DNA of 64,000 nucleotides from Zygnema circumcarinatum SAG 698-1b (lineage: Eukaryota; Plantae; Zygnematophyceae), in NCBI GenBank assembly GCA_037447605.1, contig CM074808.1, positions 1,302,001 through 1,366,000 on the forward strand. Direction: 5' to 3'. The position numbers and the translations under genes were made by a program. Position 1 is the stretch's first letter. Every line of letters starts with the position of its first letter. The notes beneath the pieces were generated by a model. The model ran no database searches. It was given only the letters and a program-made list of their open reading frames with translations, and was not told the origin of the DNA. Of the stretch, positions 1 to 8,516 are shown piece by piece.

Positions 1-352
1 TTGTGAGCCTACCCACCGGAACGATCACCCAACCTGAATTGTTCTAGGCCCAGCAGAAGGAGTTGCTAAACAAGCTAAGCGACTCCTCGTGCGGACATAG
101 AAATCCAGCACACCCCGGGCCATGAAGTTAATGCGAACTAGCTAAACTTATACACAACCAGCATGGGAGGCACAATTGACAGATGCCAGTCGTCACAAAT
201 TTGACAGAAGTCTATTACAGAGCCCTCAAAGAAAAAGAAAAACATGTTCTCAAAGCCACAATACATAGAAGACACTCGCCTACTGACAAAACTGGGATCA
301 ATCCATTCACAAATCGAGCACAAAACCACGACGTGGGCTGCAGCGTAACGAA

Positions 353-429
353 GCCTCAGTTGAAAGATGGTGATTTTGGTTCTTAATCATGGTAATCAGG
401 AGTTTTCGGACTGTATTTACATCAATGGC
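353..429 (-). ncRNA. Box C/D snoRNA; D-box guide matches LSU rRNA GAAAGAUGGUGA (yeast Am807-equivalent site, snR39/snR59-type)
   Basis: Variant C box UUGAUGU (425-419), D' CUGA (399-396), C' AUGAUU (390-385), D CUGA (359-356); GCC/GGC closing stem and outer stem GGGCUGCAG/CUGCAGCCC (335-443). The guide UCACCAUCUUUC (373-362) is the exact complement of a conserved LSU 12-mer, and the D+5 rule lands on the second A of CCCGAAAG. rRNA numbering is from memory. Confidence 0.75.
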
Positions 430-661
430 AACGGCTGCAGCCCACAGATTGAGAGTTGACCTGCTATTCATGCCAACCGGAATCTACATACTTTTGCATA
501 AAAACACATACCTGTAGAAATCGTCTGGCTGCTTGCTGGCGCGAATTACACCACAGTTTATAGACCTGCACAACAAAACAGTTTGAAAGAAAGTTGAGGA
601 CACACTGGAGAGTAGTGCCAAATTGAACGAGCAGATTGGAGATGCGGAACATGTGGCGTAG

Positions 662-750
662 AAAGGAGGCCATCAGCTAGTGGTGCATGTTGCGTCCGCA
701 GAGATGACTCAGAACAGGTCTATGAAAAGTCTCATCATGCGGCCTCCCTT
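662..750 (-). ncRNA. Dual-guide box C/D snoRNA: D' guide for SSU Gm1428-equivalent (U25/snR56-type), D guide for SSU Um1269-equivalent (U33/snR55-type)
   Basis: C box AUGAUGA (738-732), D' CUGA (712-709), D CUGA (676-673), 10-bp terminal stem AAGGGAGGCC/GGCCUCCUUU. UCAUAGACCUGUU pairs with SSU AACAGGUCUGUGA (13 bp, one G-U). CAUGCACCAC pairs with SSU GUGGUGCAUG. Both D+5 positions fall on nucleotides I recall as 2'-O-methylated in yeast and human. Confidence 0.85.
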
Positions 751-1346
751 CCGCCTGCCTAAAAAAATATTTTGATCGCAGTCCAAAGACCGCACATCAT
801 CCTTCAATTCTATCGCCCAGGTGAGAGTCCTTATCTTAATCAGGATACAATCGTCGGCATCCAAGATTTCAAAGCAATCCAAACGTGCAGTTCAAAGACA
901 GAACCTCCTCAGACGGTCACGTAAGACTTGTAATCACCAGTAAACTCCTCACAAGCCAATCCTCATAATCATACACACTATTCTCTCAAGAAGCATTTGA
1001 GTCTCAAAAACAAAATTACGCAGCGTACATGAAGCAGCTATTCCCTACAGTGCAGCACATGACCACATTTCGCCTCAGAGCCGAACAAAGTCCCCCCGAA
1101 ACCCCTTTCATTTCCCGTAAACGCTAGTCCTCTCAAACTCTCCCCTGATCGACAGCACATGCAGGAGCCACCTGCTGCCGCTCTGCACAAAGAAGCAATT
1201 CGAAGATAAGACAAGATAAGCTCCCCTCACCTGCCAGGAAGCCCCGGCCGCCGCCAGCCGCCATGGCGCCTGCACGCAAGAGTCCTCTCCAAAGACTCAA
1301 ATGGCGACTGGGATTATAGGAGGGCTGCCAAAAGCGGAGGGGCCGC

Positions 1347-1384
1347 ACCGCCGTCCGATCACCACATTCGAATCGGACGGCGGT
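1347..1384. promoter_or_regulatory. Perfect 13-bp inverted repeat of an MSA-like motif (ACCGCCGTCCGAT-N12-ATCGGACGGCGGT)
   Basis: Arms at 1347-1359 and 1372-1384 are exact reverse complements; lies just upstream of the snoRNA host transcript. Confidence 0.5.
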
Positions 1385-1469
1385 CAGACGATCTCTCGAC
1401 TGTACGGTTGGAAATTATTTTTGGTTTTTTTTGACGAATTTCAGAAATGTCGGCAGCCACTCATGGTCT

Positions 1470-1953
1470 ACCACGTGTCGTGACAACATTCGTTGCCGAC
1501 TCTATCCACCTGCCCGGACCGCCGCCATTCACATGCGACAAATCGTTGAAATTCGTTCTTTGAAACTGCCGTTCTTTGCCACAAATGCGGTAAAAAATTA
1601 TTTGGTCCGTACTGCCGGCTGGATAATCCACGAATTTCAATGTCCTTGTCAGCATTACCACGTGTCAAATCCGGACCAATATAATCTCACCTTAACACGA
1701 GCGAATCCACCGACCAGCCGCCCATATTTCCAGCTATTGACGATCTCCCGCAGCCTGCCACGTGTTCTATATCTGATTGGCACATGATTTTGCGGATCTT
1801 TCCCTTCCGTTCTGGGCCAATCGCAGCACGCGGTGGTACTGACATGGCGTCCCCCGCGGGAAGCGCCGCGATCGGCGGGGCATATGCGTCGCCGCGATAC
1901 GCGCGCCGACACGGCGGGGAGAGCCCCGCGAGCTCCCCGGCGCCACGTGGCGC
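1470..1953. promoter_or_regulatory. G-box/ABRE cluster in a divergent promoter
   Basis: CCACGTGTC at about 1471 and 1658, GCCACGTGT at about 1757, and a 14-bp palindrome GCGCCACGTGGCGC at 1940-1953. Confidence 0.5.
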
Positions 1954-2033
1954 TCCGCTCGGGGCGCGGGCCGGGGCATTATGCACCGCCGGGTTGAAGG
2001 GCGAGCGAGGGGCCACAGCGAGCGGGAGTGTGT

Positions 2034-2190
2034 GAGAGAGAGGAGGGGGAGGGAGAGAGGGAGGGAGAGAGAGAGAGAGAGGGAGAGAGAGAGAGGGAGA
2101 GAGAGGGAGAGACAAGGGGGGAGAGGCAGAGAGAGAGAGAGAGGGGAGAGAGTGGGAGAGAGGGGAAGAGAGAGCGGGGGGGGGAGGGCA
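2034..2190 (+). repeat. GA-rich purine tract upstream of the 2195 ORF
   Basis: Nearly pure G/A sequence with (GA)n and (GGAGAG)n runs. Confidence 0.9.
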
Positions 2191-2194
2191 AGGC

Positions 2195-3397
2195 GTGAGC
2201 ATGGAGGAGAAGGGCGCTCAGGAAGCGGAGGCGCCAGCCTCCTTCAACGAAACGCTGTCGGAGCTCTGGCAGCTGCTGGGGCCCACGAGGGACGCGGGAG
2301 TGGAAGCTGCCACCATGGCGGCCTGGCCAGCCTCCCCGCCCCTACTGCCTGTGTGGCCGGCGGAGCTAGAGCCCAGTGTGGTGGACCTCCCGCTGAGTCC
2401 CCACGGAGCTCCACTCCGGGAGGCGGCCGCCATGGCTGAGCCCCCGGAGGCGGCGGACTGCCTGCTCGCAGGGGTCGACGAGCTCGTGGCATTTCTGCAG
2501 AAGGAGATCGCAGTGCCAGGAGACCTTCCAAGTGCCACCTGCCCCGCGTCCGAGGGGGCTGCCACGTGTCCGTCCCTGAGCGCCTGGCAGAGCCCCCTTG
2601 CGGCCCCTCCCAGCTGGGCTCTACCACTTCCGCAGCCTCCCCCTGTCTTCCTCGCCCTCTCCCCCTCGTTACAGGGCTCCATGGAGGCCCCACAAGTTTC
2701 AAGGAAGCTCCCTGAGGAGGAGCCCCTGCAGGAGAGAGGCGGCCCCTTCGAGGAGTGCGGTATGCGGGAGATGGGCGCACTCGCAGAGGCTCTACGCTCC
2801 GCGGGAGCGGCGGGCCCCGTTCTCTCCCCGCTCTTTCCCCCCGCCATGGCCGGTCCTCCTTCCCGCCAGAACAGCAAGAGCGCTATCACCTCCACTCCCA
2901 TTCACGACCTTCCATTTCTGCAACCCGCAGGAGTAGTAGCAGGAGGAGGACTTGGAGGAGGAGGTGGTGTCGGAGGAGGGGGCTTCTCCCCTGCATGGCC
3001 ACCGCCAGCCGAGCCATGGCTTCCTTCGAGCAGAAGTTCAGTGGGAGCGAGCGCACCACTTATGGGAGGCAGCTCCGCAGCCATGGCTGCCAACGGGCAG
3101 CCTGCGGAGGGCCGAAACGGAGCTGCAGGCGAGGTCTTTCCTCCCGCGGAGGGGTTGGCCGTGGGGAGCGCGGAGCTGGTGCGGGTGGCGGCCTCGCGGC
3201 GGCCGTACGGCCCCGCGGAGAGGGTCCTTTTGGCGGAGGCCGCGCGGCGGTGCGGCGCGCGGCGGACGAGCGCGCTCTTGGCGGGGGGGCCGAGGGGGGC
3301 GCTCGCGCTGCGGCGGCCCGCCTTCAAGGGGCAGGGGCAGGGGCACGCTGCGTGGGGGCTCTCGTCGGGGCCGCGGGGGGGAGAGCTCTGCTCGTGA
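2195..3397 (+). CDS. Orphan 400-aa Pro/Ala/Gly-rich protein with a degenerate Myb/HTH-like C-terminal segment
   Basis: Single long ORF preceded by the same GA tract seen before the confident genes; RRPYGPAERVLLAEAARRCGARRTSALL resembles helices 1-2 of a Myb repeat. The high GC content could extend an ORF by chance. Confidence 0.5.
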   Translation: MSMEEKGAQEAEAPASFNETLSELWQLLGPTRDAGVEAATMAAWPASPPLLPVWPAELEPSVVDLPLSPHGAPLREAAAMAEPPEAADCLLAGVDELVAFLQKEIAVPGDLPSATCPASEGAATCPSLSAWQSPLAAPPSWALPLPQPPPVFLALSPSLQGSMEAPQVSRKLPEEEPLQERGGPFEECGMREMGALAEALRSAGAAGPVLSPLFPPAMAGPPSRQNSKSAITSTPIHDLPFLQPAGVVAGGGLGGGGGVGGGGFSPAWPPPAEPWLPSSRSSVGASAPLMGGSSAAMAANGQPAEGRNGAAGEVFPPAEGLAVGSAELVRVAASRRPYGPAERVLLAEAARRCGARRTSALLAGGPRGALALRRPAFKGQGQGHAAWGLSSGPRGGELCS

Positions 3398-3399
3398 AC

Positions 3400-3443
3400 G
3401 AGGGAGAGGGAGAGGGAGAGGGAGAGGGAGAGGGAGAGGGAGA
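3400..3443 (+). repeat. (GAGGGA)7 microsatellite
   Basis: Direct reading of the sequence. Confidence 0.9.
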
Positions 3444-3919
3444 AAACTTTCTAGTTGGCAGAGCATGTACAAAGTTAAAGTGCAGGAGGATAGTTTTGGG
3501 AATAAAAGCAGCAAACCAGATGAGAAGGATTTACAGTAGGGAAGGACTAAAGGGCACGTTGAACATATTCGTAGTTAAAAGCTGAGTGGTGATTGGGCGT
3601 AAAAGATATAACGTTCAAGATAACGCAACATATTTTACTCGTGGTGCATTTACCAAGCTGGCACTTTTCCAAGTCGCAATTGTATGTTACTTTTGTAATT
3701 GCATTTCTATTTTAAGCGCATACAACAACAGAAAGAAAGAAAGAAATGGTTTCATGTGTGGCAGATTTATATGAACGAGGCGCAAGTGGATAGTTACGCG
3801 AACAGCTGCATTTACATGTGTAACTCTGCCAACTCTAGATCTACTGTCGATCCTAGAACTGCAAACGTAGAAACGAACAGCTGTTACCCCACCATTGTCC
3901 GGGAGGGGGCCGAGAAGAG

Positions 3920-6900
3920 TCAGTCCTTCATGTACTTCTCCTGGACGGCTCCGATTGTGATCAGGAGTCAAGGCCACTCTTCAAATGGTGGTGCTCACAT
4001 CCCTAACATCGACATTGACTCAGCGGCATCCTACCCACATGAGGTAAATGACCATGCAAGCAAAGACGTGCATGTTTCCGAAGCAGAGTTAAGACGTCAG
4101 CAGCAAATCTTCTGTGCAACAAGGAAAAGGGGTGATGGAAGTGCTTGAAGGATATCGGTTGTAATCCCAGTCGGAGGGCCCTGACACCACTTTGCTGTAT
4201 TCCTTCACGCTGCCCTCTATGGGAGCGAACGCGTACCCGTTGCTTTTGTCGATCACTCTGAGCAGATTCGCCACACTCTCCTTGTCCTATACACCATGAG
4301 CACAACTTCATTGGAAAGCTGCTGAAACAAAAACAACATTTGCTAGCGTAAAGGGCCGGTGTATTGCAGCTTTCTTCACGATATGCAGTGTCCTCGGTGT
4401 TTACTAGTCACACTAGTACCGTAGATGCAGTCGTAGATGCATCTTGTACCCAAGAAAGTCAACTGTGCTTACTAAGCACATTCAGCTGAGCTCAGGTCAG
4501 GATGATTCTTACCTGAATGTTCAAAGTCTCGAAGTTGACAAGTGAGAAGTCCTCAATGACTTCACAAAGGGCTGCTGTCATTTTCCTGCAAATCTCCCCG
4601 CCGGTACACATTTTCAAGTGAGACATGCCATTCCTAAAAGTGAGAAATTTCGCCTAAAAGGAACTGAAAAGGTGAGCCTTATAGTCAGTGGTTAGCAGTT
4701 AGTGACACCATCATTGCTGTACCAGTTGAGCGCCATCTATCCTACAAATTCACTTGATCTCTCTATAAAAAATGCCGAATTCTGATGAAAGAAAATAGTT
4801 AGACGTCGTTATCGTCACCTAGTGAGCAGGCAAAGAAGGCTTTGACCTGTATTTGGCCAGGCGGGGGTCCTGGTTTAGGTGGCCCTGCAGGTAGCTCAGG
4901 TCTTGCACCTCCATATAGTAATCAAGATTGAATGCTGGCCCACCCGCAACTCAACTTCATTTAATTACATGGCCAGAAGGACAGGAGGATACTGTGCCTT
5001 TTCTGAAACTCTTCGCCAATAAAAGAGCAGGAAGATGACCCCAACTTGCCATTGTGAGCGAGCGGAAATAAAGCAACAACACAGAGCGTGGCTGGAGGTG
5101 GACTTCACGTTCCAACACGAAGTTCGTGGTAATCGAACAGGCTCAAAAGTGTATCTGATACTTACCAAGACAATTTCAGTTGTACCAACCAGAGGAATTC
5201 CTCACAAACAAACATTCAAGGAGCGCACATCACCTACGAACCGTGACGAATTTGATGACAGTCTCACCTAATTTGCCGTAGCTTTCCACCAGGTCAATCT
5301 TTGATAACACATTGATGTGGGGAAGTTCCAAGTGCAGCATCGTGCTTAACGACAGCATTGCAGCAGCCACAAAATTGTGGGGCTCAGAGCAGAGATGGGC
5401 ATCCACCAGGTGCACTGCAACAAGCTGCACACTCATGGACTTACAACTCACAACTTCAGTCAAACATGCAACATTTTCTCGCTACTCGATACCATGAAGA
5501 GAATGCACCAACCTCCAGCAAGTACTTCACAGAACGCAGAAGCTTGACACACGGTTCCACTGAATGGCTCGACAAGGATTAGACTTCAAGTGATGTTGCG
5601 CTTAAATATTGCAAGGTGTCAATCAAGTCAGCGGGCGGCTCAGTCACGCTTTACTGCTTCATGGTCACACTCGCATTGCTATGCCATCATCTTCTGCATA
5701 GGACTATGCTTTAGCTGGTCGAGTTGCATGCAATCATTAGCATTGTGCCTGATGCAAGGTACAAGGTGCTACAAGCATCCACACGCTTGCCCAATCAGTT
5801 CTGAAACACAAAAAGGCAGCTTATAGCTTTCTCGACAAAGATTTCACATACCCGGTAATCCCACTTCGACGTCATCTCCTGAATCAGCTTCTTGATGTTG
5901 TCATGTAGTGTAAAAAGTTCCACTTGCCCAGGGCAGTCGAAGATGAAATAGTGATCTGAACCCGAATGGTGTTCATCATTGAGGCAGAACTTTTCAATCT
6001 CTATGTACACGGTTTCCACCGCTTAAAACTATAACTTTAAAGTTTCACAGTTCCAAGCACACCAGCCAGCATTCAAATGCCTTTTATTGTTTTTTGCAGT
6101 TCGAGGCAGAGAGTAAGAAGAGTTCTGCCTGCTTGCCTTTTTCCAGGGGTCGCAGCTTGTCTTTCAGCCAATCGCTGTTTTTCTCCAAGTAATCCATACA
6201 GTACACCAGCCCTGTGAGAAGCATATGAGCACAAGTTTAAGAATGGACTCGCAAGAATGAACTGGCCCCACTCGTGGCCTAAAGTCATCGTGCTTCTGCA
6301 GAAAGGCCTGAGCGCACAACTGATACCAACCTTGTGCTTGCTTTAATTCCAGTTCAGCTTTTTTTGCATCCTCTTATGGTTATCACCATATGGTATTGAT
6401 GCTTCATAGAAAAACATGTATGCTCTGAAGTAGAGAGTAGTTGCTACATAGAAGTTGCAAATGGAGCAACAAAGTGCTATTGGTTGTGTAGTTCCACATG
6501 CACTAGAACAGACCTCCATTGGGTCCCAAATTGTATTGCATCATCACGTCCTCCAGCTTGGTGAGCTCTTCTATGTTTACTGCACATTCATATCTGAATC
6601 GTGTTAAAGAATCCTCTTGAATTTTACTCCAGATAATAGCAGTGTCGGTTGTGTTGTTTCAGCCAGCCCCTTGACTCCGATGCAGATTTTTTTTTCGGGT
6701 TCTCAAGATATTGATAAAAGTTCCAGTTGTGAAAAAAAAGTAATGAACCGATCGCGCTGCATTCAATTTATTAGATTTCATTTAACTTGACTAAAAAAAC
6801 CTAATAACTCTGGCATTCTCTTCACTAGTCAGAATTTCCAGATAGATACCGTTTCGGTCTCAGATAGACTTAGGTTTCTGGAATTTCTTTCTCGACATTT

Positions 6901-7962
6901 CACCTTAATTCAGAATTAGTCACTAAGCTAGCATATTAGGAGGCGACCACGAGCTTACTCTTCAGAAATTGGCGTTGGCCGCAAACTCAAGATTAAAGGC
7001 CATAGACATATTAGAGAGCTCTATAGGTTCATCACAAATCTTCAATGGATTCTGTCTTCGATGAATGTAGTCAGCTAAAATGTAAATTCTCAGGTGAAAC
7101 AGACAAAAAAGGGGAGGCGTAGAGGTGCTTAACGGTAGGATAGGTGAGAATTTCTTATACAGTAGCTCGAATCGCTTGTGTCGGTCACTAGAGGAGATGT
7201 CCATACGAAAGCCTTTCATGTGTCAAAGGAAGGCGACGGCTGAGTCAGAAGATAAATACGTGACTGGCCAGCCTCCTTTCTACGACTCAATGGCACCGCT
7301 GACCTCACTCTAGCGGTCTGCTTATGTGTATTTTAGTTTTTTTAAGGTTTACGGCATTTTATTGAATTTATGCGAACTGACACAATTTCGACCGGGCCAG
7401 ACCTCTCGCTTCCTTTCAAACGACAAGCACAGTACAGGAATCGAATCCTGCTATTCGTCTTGATAAAAATAAGCTTTTAGACTCAAAAGGAAATAGACCC
7501 ATTACTGGAGAGGATACGGCAGCCTATCATTTGCGGGGTCCAAGTTTACGACCGCTGCTTTTCTGCTCCTTGCCCACCCTCCGCCCCATAGCCATGCGAA
7601 AGACGAGGAAGCCTCAGCCCTCGCTTCAAGCAAATTATGTTGAAACTGACTGAATCTTTGCAAAAGCCCATTCCTTTGTTTTTTCACCTGGACAAGTTTC
7701 CGTGTTTGTGACGCTTTGTTGCGAACGATTCAATTCCCTTCAATCAGATGCATGACACGCTCAGCTACACCATCATTCACTTTACTGCAAGATCTGCGAT
7801 TTGGCGTATGTGCGTTACTCAGGACTTCGAAAAGTATTTTTCAGTGGACAAACAGGGCCGTCCAATTGACCTGCCAAGCAATTCAAAAAACTGTTGCATT
7901 CCATTGCAGTATGTGGTTTTGCCGGAGCCAGGGGGCCCAATCACTATCTGTCCGAATGGCAT
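3920..7962 (-). CDS. GPN2: GPN-loop GTPase 2 (QQT1 orthologue), multi-exon
   Basis: Exons give [19 protein letters not shown] (P-loop), [30 protein letters not shown] (GPN loop), [19 protein letters not shown] and the terminal [11 protein letters not shown] (stop 3920-3922). Confidence 0.95.
3957..4155 (-). other. U12-type AT-AC intron (last intron of GPN2, 199 bp)
   Basis: 5' end ATATCCTTC; branch site CCTTGAC 12 nt before the terminal AC; splicing restores [16 protein letters not shown] in frame. Confidence 0.9.
5956..6136 (-). other. GC-AG intron in GPN2
   Basis: AAAG|GCAAGC donor and TTCAG acceptor restore [15 protein letters not shown]. Confidence 0.8.
6594..7517 (-). other. U12-type GT-AG intron in GPN2 (924 bp)
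   Basis: 5' end GTATCCTCT; branch-like TTCTTTAAC (6611-6603) about 10 nt before the AG, with no polypyrimidine tract; splicing restores DRLP-YECAVN. Confidence 0.8.
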
Positions 7963-8516
7963 CGCTCCTTGCCACCATGCGCAGTTGTAAAAAAAAAAAA
8001 AAAAACCCCCGCCGAGAATGGCACTCAGCCGAACGCGCTCACTCTCGATACCCAGCACAGAAAAAATGACATGCTCCTCCGCTTGGCTGGTTAGCTCGCC
8101 ATCCTCTCAGAGGGACACTGAGCTGTTCGCTACTCTCAACCTTCACAAACCAGAAATAAAACCTCTTGACCTGCTTAGGCTTTACTTTCAGATCAAGACG
8201 TTCCATTTTCAGCAAGACGGGCAGATATTAAAACTTTTTACACGAATAACATCCAATCACGCCCTGAAATCGGCCACGTGGCGTGCGCTGAGTGGGTGAT
8301 TAGCACCAAGAAAATAGTCTTTGGGCAGCCTGAATCTGCCCGAAAGAAACCACTCGGAGGAACATTCTGGAGCGCTGCACTGTTCTCTCCTCCCACCGCT
8401 GTAACTGTGACTTTCCGCAGAACTGCGAGAGGGGAGAAGGGAGAAGGGCTGCACGTTGCAACAGAGCATTATTACAAGTCTCGACATCGCCCGCCACTGC
8501 AAGAGGGAGAGGGAGC

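Larger units (their letters stand above)
1..1264 (-). other. Spliced transcript hosting intronic snoRNAs; possibly non-coding or encoding only a very short peptide; runs off the window edge
   Basis: Donor CAG|GTGAGG at 1230; a clean internal exon at about 512-565 (TTTTGTTGTGCAG|...CTACAG|GTATGT); ATG at 1264 (MAAGGGRGFLA), but no exon chain gives a recognisable protein; a C/D snoRNA sits in each of two successive introns. Confidence 0.45.

Noticed and set aside
840-972. Possible third C/D snoRNA or U14-like element (CUUGGAUG) in the host intron
   Set aside because: Box-like motifs exist, but there is no terminal stem, no U14 domain A and no guide of 10 or more clean base pairs.
1687-2202. 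Long Pro/Ser/Leu-rich or Arg/Glu/Gly-rich ORFs over GA/CT tracts (also 22028-22958 and 63376-63991)
   Set aside because: These are translations of microsatellites in GC-rich DNA with few stop codons and no domain content.
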